Assembly (NCBI RefSeq): GCF_964194155.1
Contig: NC_135884.1
Location: 32,054,001 to 32,118,000 of the forward strand
DNA from: Cetorhinus maximus
Lineage: Eukaryota
Length of the DNA stretch: 64,000 bases
Direction: 5' to 3'
In this document: in pieces, positions 11,240 to 24,200 of the stretch
Layout of the letters: every line of letters starts with the position of its first letter
Position numbering within the stretch: the first letter of the stretch is position 1
Translations under genes and position numbers: made by a program
The notes under the pieces: generated by a model
What the model saw: only the letters and a program-made list of their open reading frames with translations
The model's database searches: none
Told to the model about the DNA's origin: nothing

Positions 11240-14200
11240 TGTAGTGCAAAGGGTTAATGTTAAATATGTAAATAGACAGACTACATCATCAGTGATGTAA
11301 GATTACATGACAACAAAGCGTGGTGAGAGATAGTTCTATGGGAAGCCTTGTGCCAAGCCTTATCCTGTATACAGTTAGGATGTTTAATAAAAGATAACTT
11401 TTACCAACAGCCTTGCCTCCCACAGTCTCTATCAATCCTAACCAAGGAAACTAAAGCTAAGAACCACAGCGATAACAGATGGTGACAGCAGAAAAGACAA
11501 TGGAGAAACCAGCAAGTAAAGAGCCCAGTGACTGGAAAACGCAGCAAGAAAAACAACTGCAAGGAAAGGACAGCATGGGGACAAATATCCAACAGAGTTC
11601 AAAGAATAGCTAGAGTGCTGAAAAGCCATGGAGAAAATCTTCCCCTTATCAGAGTGCTTTGAACACATGGAAGGCTTGGATCAAGCCTAGAGATGGCAGA
11701 ACTGGTGCCATAAGTTTACCAGGTACAGAACTGCTTCGGGACTAACAGAGAAGCCTAGCAAGAAAGAGGGCAGCACCCTTCTCTACACCACAGGAAATAG
11801 TGCAGATGGTTTAGTGGTCAGACAAGGCATAAACGAAGAAGCAGTGACTTACAAAGATGTTATAAAAGCTTTTGATGCATTTTTCAGCCTTAGAAGGAAC
11901 ACAATCATAGAAAGGATGAAGCTCAATAGACATACCCAAAGACTGGGAAAGAGCATAGATTTCTTCATTAATGGTTTATATCAACTAGCTGGGAAATGTG
12001 AATATAGAGCCTGAAAGATGAATTAATTTAGGATCACATTGTTGTAGGAGACTATCAGATTTTCTATTATCAAGGGAAGATTTAACACTAGCAGAAGCTG
12101 CGCAGTTGACAAGGCAGGCAAAATTGAGAAAGCAAAATTGTGTATTTATTCAAGGTGACAGAGAGATTCCGTGGAGAGAAAAAAATTGACACTCCAGTTT
12201 CTAGAACACGGAAGTAGCAGCACACCTATGCAAAAACAGGGAAGTAGCAAAGAGGGCGTGGGAACCGCCATTACTCAGTGTTCTCGCTGCAGTGGGAAAA
12301 GGCTGCGTAGGCACGAAGAGCGTCCCGCTAGAAATGTGGAGTTCCATTCCTGTAAGAGGAGTGACATTTTAAATCTGTGCTGCAGCAAAAAGCTCCGAAC
12401 ATAGAAATTTGAGGAACCAATTAAGGCATGTAACATTCATGAAATTGAAAGTGTGAAAGACAATGAAGTGCCATTCTTGGAAGAAATTACAGGATCTAAT
12501 GGGACCTATTGGAGTGCAAACATTATTGTCAATGGATAGAGAACTAACTTTAAATTAGACACTGGAGCAGAAGTTTCAGTTCTTTCTAATGCAGAACAGT
12601 GGCTAAAGTAAGACTGAATTCAGCCATCGACCATACAATTCCATGGACGAGGAGGCATTCAACTGAAAGTCAAGGGATAGTTGACTGCTATACTCCAGTA
12701 CAAAGGAATAGAAATCGCAGGAACTTTGTATACGGTCCAAAACCAAGAGTGCTCACTATTAACCTGAAAAGCTTGTATAGATCTACAACTCATCCACAAA
12801 GCTGACATATTGGGGAGCCAAGTCAAACTGAAAGAATTCAGGAAAGAATTTCCAAACTTATTTCGAGGTCTTGAGAAGACTGAAACAAGTGCTCTGAAGT
12901 GGGATTGCCAGAACCGAATAGAATCAAGTGAAAACCTCGAGAAAACCAGGCAGAAGATTTTCCCGTGAGCCGTAGGTGAAGGAATCACATGTTAATTACA
13001 GGGAAGGGCAGCTTGCATCAAATAAGAAATGGATGGACAAACCGGAACACGAGAAGAGAGACATGCCTGAACAAGAGGACATAAACTTTGTCGAAGATGT
13101 GGAGTCCTATACTTCACTGACCCCAAAATTTCTATCAACAACAGCACAGAGGCTAAATGAAGTTCGAAAGACACAAGGAGCAGATGAAGAATGTGCTAAA
13201 ATTTGGGAATACTGCATTAAAGATGGCCAGAATAGGTTCCCAATAATTTCATCCTGAAGCAACACTTTCAGCAATGAAGACATCTCAAGTGTCGTGGATG
13301 ACATGCTGATTTATGATGAGAGATTGGTAATACCTAGAGTCTGCTCGAGAATACACCAGGGACACCTGGGCATTACAAAGTGTCATGCTAGAGTGCAAAA
13401 TTCCATTTTGTAGCCAGGGATCTCAAAGTCATTAGGAGAAATGTTTTTAAACTGAATCACCTGTGCTATCGATTGTCAGGAGCAAAGAGAACCACTGATG
13501 GTATCCTCATTTCCATCCAGGCTGTGGAAACATCTCAGAATGGATATTTTTCGAGCTCAAAGGGAAGAGATGCCTCATGGTTGTTGACTGTTACTCCAGA
13601 TGAATTAGATTAAGTGTCTTCGTGGTCCCACGTTGGAAGTTGTCATTATGATTCATTGCATTCCAGGCCTAGTCATTTCAAACGATCACAGAATCACACA
13701 GTGCACAGTTTGCCAATTAATGTTTTAAGCAGTTCACAGAAGCCAATGGATTAGTCCAAAAGTTTTGTTGAAGAAAAATGACAATATCAACTTGGCCTTA
13801 TTGAGCTGCCTTTCCACACCACTCCAGGATAGTCTGGCTCTGTCCGCACTTCTAGTGGGAAGATGACTGCAGACTCAACTTCCTGTTCTTCGGGAGACAC
13901 TAATGCTGTTCCTCAAAGCAGCAGACATAGAGAGAGTAAGGGAGAAGGAGGATTATCATGCAAATCAAACCAGAATCTATAATCAACACTACAGAGTACA
14001 TGACTTACCAGAACTCCAGCCAGGGGAATCAGTACAGATTCGTGATCAGAATCCTGAAGGCCAGGTTTTGGATAAAATACTACATATACGATCTTGTCTT
14101 ATGGAGGCAGAAAATGGAATAGTGAGAAGAAACAGAAGCACAAGACAACCTTCAATGGAATGAACTAGTTACCCAGAAGTTCAGGAAGGCAGCTCGAATA

Positions 14201-14524
14201 GAGAGCTGGCAGTCTCTGATGATTCACATAGTATTCTACCAAGATAATGAAGCAAATAATATATTCAACAGAGTCAGGGAGTAGGTGTGGTGTAAAGGGT
14301 TAATGTTAAATATGTAAATAGATAGTCTACATGATCGGTGATGTAAGATCACGTGATAAAGTATGCTGAGAGATAGTTCTACGTGAAGCTTCATGCTAAG
14401 CCTTATTCTGTATAGGGTTAGAAGAATGTTTTATAAAAGGTAAAGTTTACCAACAATGTTGCCACTCACAGTCTCAATTGACCTTGACCAATGACAACCT
14501 AAGACAAGACCCACAACGATGATG
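11240..14524 (+). mobile_element. Gypsy LTR retrotransposon, non-autonomous (gag-PR-partial INT; RT and RNase H absent)
   Basis: LTRs 11240-11477 and 14286-14524; perfect 5-bp TSD ATAGC (11235-11239 / 14525-14529); PBS tggtgacagcag (tRNA-Leu-like) at 11480; purine tract before the 3' LTR; gag remnants, protease LDTGAEVS ~12555, integrase HQGH..C ~13355-13470. Confidence 0.92.
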
Positions 14525-15219
14525 ATAGCTTGGTTCTCTCTTTTTTCTAGAGATTATTTCTCAACATCATCTGCCCTCTAACATATTGCTAAATGACCAT
14601 TCTTCATATGTGAGCTTTGATAGTGAGCACGAGCAGGGTATTTAAACAATGCCAGACCCAACAACTGAGCTCAATCAGCTTACTCAGCACAGACTAGACA
14701 TCAAGTCTGCAGCCTCTCTGTGCAGTAAGGTAGTATTAGGTGCTAAATTTACCCACCCAGTCTTTAAGGTGAACTTGTTCTGAGGCCTTTGAAATTAATT
14801 CCAAAAGTTTGTGAAAATACAAAGGATAAGAACTGATCGCTGTTATAAAAATGTTAGGGGGAGGGATCAAGAGCTGTGTGATATCTCTGCAATAAACTGC
14901 TTTTTTTTGGTATAGTTTTACTTTCTGGATACAGGGAATTTTCTTTATATTTTGGATTAATCCCAATAAAGTTGATCTTGTATGTACAAAAAGAAACAAA
15001 GGATAAGAACTGAGTTTATTTGTCTCATAATTACCCATGTAACACTAATGCCGAGGTTGGGTGCTTTCTTTCCCATGGTCTTTGAAGTACATATCTTTTG
15101 TGGGGTCAAATATTTATTTACACATTGCAGCTGTTTACCAGTAGCACTTGTAAAAGTCCTTTGCTAACAGGCAAAGCATAGTCTTCGGGACATAGTCATA
15201 GGCTATATTCCTACAATAA

Positions 15220-17400
15220 TGACAACTTGCGTTGAAATAAAGCCTTTAATGTGTAAAATATGCCAGGCACTTCACAGGAACGTTACTGAACAAATGTTGA
15301 CACCAAACCATACAAGGAGATAGTAGGATAGATAATTAAAAGATTTTAAGGAGCGTCTTAAAAAGAGGAGAGGGGTAGAAAGGTGGAGAGGTTCAGGGGG
15401 GCAATTCCAGAACTTAAGACCAAGGCAGCTGAAGGCATGGCCACTAATGAATGATAAAGTGATTAAATTGGAGATGCACAAGAGGTTAGAATTGGAGGAG
15501 CACTGAGCTCTAGGGAAGATAGAGAGCTGGAGGCAACAGAGATTGGGAGAGGTGAGGTTATGAAAGGGTTTGGAAATAAGGATGAGAATTTTAAAATTGA
15601 GGCATTGCTGGATGGGGAGCAACATATGTCAGCAAGCACAGGGGTTATAGGTGAATGGGACTTGGTGCGAATTAGAATATGGAAAGCAGAGTTTTGGATG
15701 AGCTCAAGTTTATGGTGTGTGCAAGATGGGAGGCCAGCCAGGAACGTATTAGAATGGTCAAGTCTACAGGAAACAAAGGTATGTATGAGGATTTCAGCAG
15801 AGTTGGATGGTGTTATGGAGGTGGAAGTGGGCAGTCTTGGTAATGGGGTGGATATTGTCATGACCACGGATCATAGCCCCGAATTACTTATAGACATATT
15901 GGGCTTTAAAGTAAGATATGTTTTTGAAAAAAGGGCCTAGAAGCAAAAGCTGACTGAGACTATAAAGTAACCACTTGCTGGAAAATTCCTATGTGGATTA
16001 CATGTGACCAACTAGTCCAGAGAGAACGGAATGTCACACCTATAAAGGTGTCAAGGCCTCCTTCAGACAGAGGCACTTCAAAGGAAGACATGCAATGCTA
16101 AAAAACTGATTACCATCCCAGCAGAAGTCATCCCCTGTTGAGTTATACCACAGACTACAGCCATGATTTGAGTTGAAAGAAAGCAGCTTCTGGCCGAAAG
16201 ACATGGCTGTTTTTCCCTTCCAGGAATACACAAGAAAAGCCAACTGCAACCCTGGTTTCGGTGTGCTAGTCCAGTGTTCTAGTTCTACTGTGCTGGTGTG
16301 TGCTGTGAAGGTCACAGCTGAAGATCATCAACTCGGAATCCTTGTACTTGCAGGTAAAATTGATTGCTGGAAGCAAGTCACAAGTCAACAAAGGCACAGT
16401 CGAAGGTGAAACAGGACAACTCCTTTCAATAAACCTGCAGAACCAAGAATTTCCAAACCAATGGCTCAACTGCCCAAAGTCAGCTGGGATTATCCAACTT
16501 AACGGCCATAATTCCCCACGGACAAGCCAAAGGCTGATTTGTATATTTGTAAACTTCAATTTCTAGACTGACTTCTCATTTTTAATCTGTATGTATGTGT
16601 GTTGCGTTTTTATTATTTTTTTCTCATGTTTTAGTAACTAATAAACTCACTCTTTCTTTAACTCCAGAAAGCCTGGTTAAATTGGCTCCTTTTAAAACAA
16701 ATACATTTGGACCAGGAAAAGGTATCCACGAGGGAAGGGCTCCTTTTTAAATTAACCTTGTTGCGATCAACTGAAGGGGTTGAATAAGGAAGAGGAGCCA
16801 GTTCATCCTTCCTCACCCGGGAGCATAACAGTTTGGGGTACCTCGTCCGAGATCATAGTCAATCTGGGGAGTTGGGGGGACCTCGCCCGGGACCGGTTGT
16901 GACAATATTTGGTTGCAAACTCATCTTGGGATCAAATGCAACACCAGAGTTGCGAATAATCTGGTTAAGCTTCAGAAAGTTGCTGGGGAGGGGCACGGAG
17001 TCGATGGCTAAGGAATGGAACTTATAGCAGGGACCATGCACAATGGATTCAATCTTCTCACTATTTAGTTTAATTTTTGTTCATCCAGTACTGGATATTG
17101 GACAAGCAGTGTAATGAAGTAGAGAAAGTGGAGGGTCAAAGAGGTGGTGGTGAGGTAGAGCTGGGCGTTATTAATTTACATGTTGAACCTGACGTGTTTT
17201 CAGATGTGTCAGCAAGGATCGGCACGTAGACAAGAAAGAGGATGGGGGGCCCCAAGAATAGATTCTGGGTGACACCAGAGGTAATGGTACAGGAGTAGGA
17301 AGAGAAGCCAGTGATTCCCTGGTTATGACTGGATAAATAAGAATAGAACCAATGTCTGAGTCTCAATCAGCTAGACGATGAAGGAGCGATGTTGGAGGAA
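15220..17400 (-). mobile_element. L2 LINE 3' part, interrupted by a solo LTR
   Basis: ILIHTFVSCRLDHSNTFLAGLPSCTHHKLELIQNSA..HSPITPVL; IRNSGVAFDPKMS; resumes on both sides of 15856-16904. Confidence 0.88.
15856..16904 (+). mobile_element. Solo LTR (1049 bp), Gypsy/ERV-type
   Basis: TGTCA...TGACA termini; 4-bp TSD ATAT (15852-15855 / 16905-16908); AATAAA at ~16640; inserted in L2. Confidence 0.85.
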
Positions 17401-18129
17401 ATCTGGAACCATTTGTAACATCGGGCGCCTGCTGAACAGTTTGGAAATTTCTATAAATCTCCCTCTGAGCCTAAAGATATTGAGATCTTTGTGTGCTATA
17501 AATTGGAAGGAAATTTGGCCTTAACATCTTGTCAAGTGAGGATCAGCCATTGATTTGTTGGTTGTAATGCACCATTTGTGCTCTGAAGCAGAAGCGAATC
17601 AGTGATACTTTACCAAGCTGGGGTGGTGTCAACAATAGCTGGGAATATGATAACCATTTAAGGAAGGCAGGCGTACAACAAATAAAACTCTGCTGGAAAT
17701 GAGGAAATAATTGCTTTGAAACTAAAAATCTATGAGATCTATCAACTGGAAATAAATCCTCATTGATTTTACTTTAGCTTTTTTTCAAAACTGAGCCTAA
17801 GTCTTTTGATCTTTTACTTTTCCCGTCCCTTTTCTCTCATAGGAACTCTGTCACACACCCCTCTATTGTCTACGTTATTTCTTGACTTCTGCCCTCCAGC
17901 AGTGTACAAATATTCTTTGAACGTTATTCAAAGACTTCCACATCCCCCAATTTCACTGTTGCTCCTCTCTGAAAATAAAATTCTAATACTTATGCAAGAT
18001 TGGTTCAGAGGTCAAGCATCATGGTGCTGAAAGTATTCCAGCATCTTGTCGGTTGAGAATATAGCTTATGATTCTTGTCGCACCGCCGAACTATGCACAG
18101 CTCTGGTTGCTGTGACTTAAGGGGCCCAT

Positions 18130-18625
18130 TCAGGTTGTAGAGGCAGCACAGAGGAGAACAATAAGGCTGATCTCTGGTGTCAGAGAAGGAGCTATGAAAA
18201 ACAACTTGATAACCTTGTGCTCATTAGGCTTGAAAAAAGATGTCAGAAGGGACCCTGAAGTGGTAAACAATATACTAAACAGGATAAAGAAAGTGGAGTG
18301 AACCATTACTCTCAGATATGTTGCTTCAGCAATATGTATCTCTTTTCAGCAACTTTCAGATATGTCAGGCAACAGGACAATAGAACGGATACTCAAGAGT
18401 TTTCAATGGCAAATTCAGGACAGACATCAGGAAGCATTCTTTTCAATAGAGTGTGATCAACAGCTGGAACGGATTGCCAGAATTGGCGGTTGAGGCCAAG
18501 ACACTGGACTCATTTAAGAAGCAGTAAGATGTTGTAATGGCAAGATGTCAAAGCTGCTATTTTATTTTGGAAGTGTGAAGTCAAGTGGGCTGAAGAGCCT
18601 TTTTCATCCAAGTACATTATGTGAA
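18130..18625 (+). mobile_element. Old CR1-type LINE 3' end
   Basis: Degenerate ..ttcaggacagacatcaggaagcattctttt..tggaac.. and 3' gggctgaagagcct motif. Confidence 0.55.
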
Positions 18626-19104
18626 CCAAGTGAAGTCCTAATTAACCCATAGGTCAAATTACACTACTGACTTAAATAATTCAGCAGACAGGAAAATGTC
18701 ATTTTCTAAATACGAAGATACAAATAAAGAAAAAAAATCTTTAGATAACATGCTTTTCGCAACCCAAAATTAGAGGGTTAAATTTGATGGCCTCTGAAAA
18801 TGGGGGTGGGGGTTGCAATGCATGATGAACCCAAGCCTGTTGCTTCCGATGCACACTGCAAACTAACTTTATGCCGACTGCTAATTATGCATTTACAGGA
18901 TGCAGCCAGCACTAACTGAGCTAGTGAGTGGCTGCATGTCTCAGCAGGGGGTCCAAAATTGACAGTGGCTGGCATGATTTACAGCTAGTTTGCGTTACTT
19001 AAAGCCAGCCTTCACCTTTTAAAGGAGAGGTACATTGTGACTGCAGTAGGTGCTGGAAGTGATTTTACAACTGATTTTGACCTGGAGAAGACAGAGAAAG
19101 GAGA

Positions 19105-19337
19105 TAATATGGGGGAGAGCCTGCTCCAAGATTTTCCGAGGCTGCGCTGGAGGCCTTGGTCAAGGGGGGCAGAGGAAGGGAAATGTGGTCTACGTGTAGG
19201 AGGTTGGGAAGGTCTCCAGGCAAATTCCCAGAAGGCAGTGGGAGCTGATAGCTGTGACAGTCAAAGCCAGGAGTCAAGCCCCATTCACCTGGATGTTGTG
19301 CAACACAATGTTCAATGCTTCAACACAAATTTTCAAG
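19105..19337 (+). pseudogene. Harbinger Myb/SANT (NAIF1/MSANTD-like) DNA-binding protein, first exon remnant
   Basis: APRFSEAALEALV...RRQWELIAVTVKARSQAPFTWMLCNTMFN then donor AAG|gtcagt; frameshifted. Confidence 0.75.
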
Positions 19338-19574
19338 GTCAGTGAATGAATCTTCAAATGCCATTTTGCACCAACTACATCACTAGCCTCATACACTGCT
19401 TGATGCACTGCACCCCTATCGCTTACCCACCAACAATCTTTATCAATCAGGATTCATGCGTAATATTTATAGCTTCACTTCACCCTCACTTAGCACTGCT
19501 GTAAGCTTCTCACCCCCATCTCATAGCTTGCACACATTGCCAGCCATTCAACCATGACAGCCATATCACCTTTT

Positions 19575-21060
19575 TTTAATTCATTCACAAGATGTGGGTT
19601 ACACAGGCTGGGCCAGCATTTATTGTCCATCCCTAGTTGCCCTTGATGGTGAGCTGCCTTTTTTAACCACAGTCCATGTGGTGTAGGTACACCCACAGTG
19701 CTGTTAGGAAGGGAGTTCCAGGATTTTGACCCCGGGACAGTGAAGAAACGGCGATATATTCCCAAGTCAGGATGGTGAATGGTTTGGAGGGGAACTTCCA
19801 GGTGGTGGTGTTCCCATCTATCTGCTGCCCTGTCCTTCTAGGTGGTAGTGGTGGTGGGTTTGGAAGGTGCTGTCGAAGGAGCCTTGGTGAATTCCTGCAG
19901 TGCATCTTGTAGATGATACACACTGCTGCTACTGTGCGGCGGTGATGGAGGGAGTGAATGTTTGTGGATGTGGTGTCAATCAAGTTGTCCTGGATGGTGT
20001 TGAGCTTCTTGAATGTTGTGGGAGCTGCACTCATCCAGGCAAGTGGGGTGTATTCCATCACACTCCTGACTTGTGCCTTGTAGGTGGTGGACAGGCTTTG
20101 GGGAGTCAGGAGGTGAGTTACTCGTCACACGATTCCTAGCCTCTGACCTGCTCTTGTAGTTACAGTATTTATATGGCTAGTCCAGTTCAGTTTCTGGTCA
20201 ATGGCAACCCCCAACATATCGATAGTGGGAGATTCATTGATGGTAATGCCATTGAACATCAAGGGGTGATGGTTGGATTCTCTCTTGTTGGAGATGGTCA
20301 TTGCTGACTCGTGTGGCACAAATGTCACTTGCCACTTGTCAGCCCAAGCCTGGGTATTGTCCAGGTCTTGCTGCATTTGGACATGGACCACTTCAATATC
20401 TGAGTTGTGAATGGTGTTGAACATTGTGCAATCATCAGTGAACATCCCCACTTCTGACCTTATGATGGAAGGAAGGTCATTGATGAAGTATCTGAAGATG
20501 GTTGGGCCTAGGACACTACCCTGAGGAACTCCTGCAGTGATGCCCTGAAGCTGAGATGACTGACCCCAACAATCACAACCATCTTCCTTTGTGTTAGGTA
20601 TGACTCCAGCCAGTGCAGAGTTTTCCCCCTGATTCAGTTTGACTCCAGTTTTCCTAGGGCTCCTTGATGCCACACTCGGTCAAATGCTGCCTTGATGTCA
20701 AGGGCAGTCACTCTCACCTCACCTCGGGAGTTCAGCTCTTTTGTCCATGTTTGAACCAAGGCTGTAATGAGGTCAGGAGCTGAGTGGCCCTGGTGGAACC
20801 TAAACTGGGCATCAGAGAGCAGGTTATTGCTAAGCAATTGCCGCTTGATAGCACTGTTGATGACCCTTTCCAACACTTTACTGATGATCAAGAGTAAACT
20901 AATGGGGCAGTAATTGACCAGGTTGGATTTGTCCTGCTTTGTGTGTACAGGACATACCTGGGAAATTTTCCACATAGCCGGGTAGATGCCAGTGTTGTAG
21001 CTGTGCTGGAACAGCTTGGCTAGGGGCATGACAAGTTATGGAACACAAATCTTCAGTACT
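19575..21060 (-). mobile_element. 5'-truncated LINE of the CR1/L2 superclade, distinct 'family B'
   Basis: NYCPISLL..LDIKAAFDRVWH..GVPQGSVLGP..MFTDD..WADKWQVTF..LGVAIDQKLNW; 3' tail gggcaactagggatggacaataaatgctggcc. Confidence 0.9.
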
Positions 21061-21244
21061 ACTACCTAAACAAATGCAAAGCACTCACTGGCACACTTCC
21101 TCTCTCTTGCAGGGCAAGGTGGTGCAAAACTAGAGGCATCAGAAGCTGCTCAGCAAGGAACAGGCACAGCTGTTTGGACTTACATTGGCTATTATTGGAG
21201 TGGCCACTGCTGAGGCCATGGCCAAACACAGAGCTGAAACTATT

Positions 21245-24200
21245 TATAGTAATTATGGTTTTATTAATGTGAAATGTATGTTTAAGAATAATACTTGTTA
21301 GGCAAGATCATATGATTTCTAGTAACCAATAGGAGAGTAGCGCGGGTTACCTCAGCCGTCAGTGTAGAGATAGAGTTGGAGTTGAAAGCACACATGTTGT
21401 TGCTGCTGAGTATATTGTAAATAAAATTAATGTTTCCATCCAAGAAATGTCTGCAGATCAACTCTATCACTAATAGTACAACTCGGCCACCCTACAACAA
21501 ACTGGCGACGAGGATAAAACAGGATTGAACAGAAGAGATCAAGTTAAAAAGAAATCGGCACTGTACCAGTGACTGTAGGTAGCAAGCGCCATTAGAATTG
21601 AAGAAGTTACCCTCTCTTCAAATGCCACAATTTGTGAGAACTGATCCTTTTCAACCAGTCACAGACAATTGGTCTCATTACATAGAATGCCTCTTGTTCT
21701 TTTTCCAAGTGAACAAGATTACAGAGGAAGAGAAGAAACGAGCGATCCTCTTCAGTAATTGTGGGAGCAAAATCTACGGTTTGATGCAAAGTTTGACGGC
21801 ACCCAGTGCCCCAGATTCAAAAAATTTTGAAGAATTGACGGACCTCGTGAAGGGTCACTTTCAACCCAAGCCCTTATGCAGAGGTTCAGGTTTAACTCGC
21901 GAAATAGAGCCCTGGGTGAGACAATTGCATGCTACATCACAAATTTGAAGCAGCAAACGGAACACAGAGTTCGGTACGATTCTGAATGACATGCTGAGAG
22001 ATCGTTTAGTATGTAGTGTGAAAGAGGACACTATTGAGAAAAGACAATTGTCTGAAGTGAATGTGGATTTCAAGAAGACGCTAAAGATAGCGCTGGCCAT
22101 TGAAAACGCAGTAAGAGATTCAAAAGCAATACAGGATGCGCAAAATGGTGCCATCCTCTACATCGGGCAGGAAATCTCAGCCGAAAAAGGCGCGAGGATG
22201 TGAGACTCTACCAAAAAGCAGGAAACAGCCCCTTCTAGCCAAAGAATAGAGAAAAATAACTTAGCAGTGAAATCAAAGAATAATTTTAATAGAGGTGGAA
22301 AGTCAATCTTTTAGCAATTGGCAGTTTAAAAAAAATCGAATGCTACTATTGTCACAGAAATGGACATATGATGGAGGCAGTGCAAGGAAAGATTCAAGCA
22401 GGCTTGTAAAGAAAAGAAGCCCAATGAAATCTACAACGTAGAAGAGCCTGAAACAGCAAGTCAGATATTTACTCGTTTTTTAATCTGTAAATTGGAAAGA
22501 CAGAACCAATATTTGTCATAGTGAAAGTAAATGGCAACCCTGTTAGAATGGAAGTGGACACAGGAGCTTCCACTACAGTAATTGGGCAACATACCTTCAG
22601 ATATTTGAATAATGGTGAAGATCGATTAAGTTTAAAAGAAACAGCTGCCAAGTTAAAAACATATACGGGTGAAGACATTCAAGTAAAAGGCATAAGCAGA
22701 GTAACTGTCCATTGTGGAAGCCAATCGACAAAGCTACTCTTGATGGTGGTAGCAGGTGAAGGGTCAAGCCTCCTGGGGCGAAATTGGTTAAAGGAGATTA
22801 AGTTAGAATGGACTGAAATTTTCCAGTCGAGAGCAAGTGGGCTACCAGAGCTGCTTAAGAAGTACTCCACTGTCTTCAAGGACAAACTGGGGAAAATCCA
22901 GGACCTGCAGGCCAAGATTCATGTGGGTCCGGAAGCAACTCCTTGCTTCATGAAGGCGAGACCGGTGCCATATGCCCTGCGAGAAAAAGTCGACATTGAA
23001 CTGAACTGACTAGAGAAATTGGGCGATATACAACCTGTTCAGTTCTCAGAATGGGCAGCACCCATAGTCCCCATCCTTAAACCCGACCAAAGCTTCCAAA
23101 TTTGTGGAGACTACAAACTGACGGTCAATAAAGTAGCTAAGCTAGACAGGCACCCCATTCCAAAAATCAAAGACCTATATGCTAAGCTGGCAGGAGGGAC
23201 AACGTACACAAAGCTTGACACGAGTCATGCTTATCAACAACTAGAATTGGATAATGCCTCCCGGGAATTTGTCACAATTAATACCCACAAAGGGTTGTAC
23301 CAATATACACAACTGCCTTTTGGTGTCTCCTCCGCTTGTGTCATCTTTCAGAGAACAATGGAAAGCTTACTGCAGGGACTGTCCCAGGTTATAGTCTATT
23401 TAGACAATGTATTGGTGATAGGATTCACTGAAAAAGAGCATCTGGCAAATTTGGAAGTCTTAAAACGTTTCTTGCAAGCTGGGGTGCATTTAAAAAAAAA
23501 GTGCCCATTCCATGTGATGGAGGTAAACTATTTGGGTCACAGGGCCTCCACCTGGCTGAGGAGAAATGAGAGCCATAAGAGAGGCACCCGCACCAAAGAA
23601 TGCCTCAGAGCTCAAATTATTCCAAGGAATGATCAGCTATTATGGGTGGTTCTTACCCAATTTGTCTACAGTGCTGTCCCCCCTGCATTCTCTACTCAAA
23701 AAGAACCAATGTTGGTCTTGGGAGGCACCTCAGAAAGAAGCTTTCATAAAGGTGAAACAATTGTTGCACTCGTCCAATCTATTAGTGCATTATGACCATT
23801 ATGACGAAAAAATTGGTGCTGACAGGTGATACATCTCCCTATGAAGTGGGAGCAGTGCACTCTCATTGGATGGACGACAGCATAGAACGGCCAATAGGTT
23901 ACATATCAAGAATGCTCACCGCAGTGGAAAAGGGACACTCGCAGAAGAAAAAGAAGGCCTCTCCATCTTTTTTAGTGTCAAGAAATTTCACCAGTACATA
24001 CACTGCTGCCATTTTACAATTGTTTCAGACCACAAACCATTGCTAGGACTGTTTAATGAGGACAAGGCTATGTCACCCATAGCCTCAGCAAGAATACAAT
24101 GGTGGGCTTTAATTCTGGCAGCATACAAATACACTTTCGTACATAGGGCTGGCAATCAAATCACAAATACCGATGCCCTTAGTCGTTTTTGCCTTTACAA

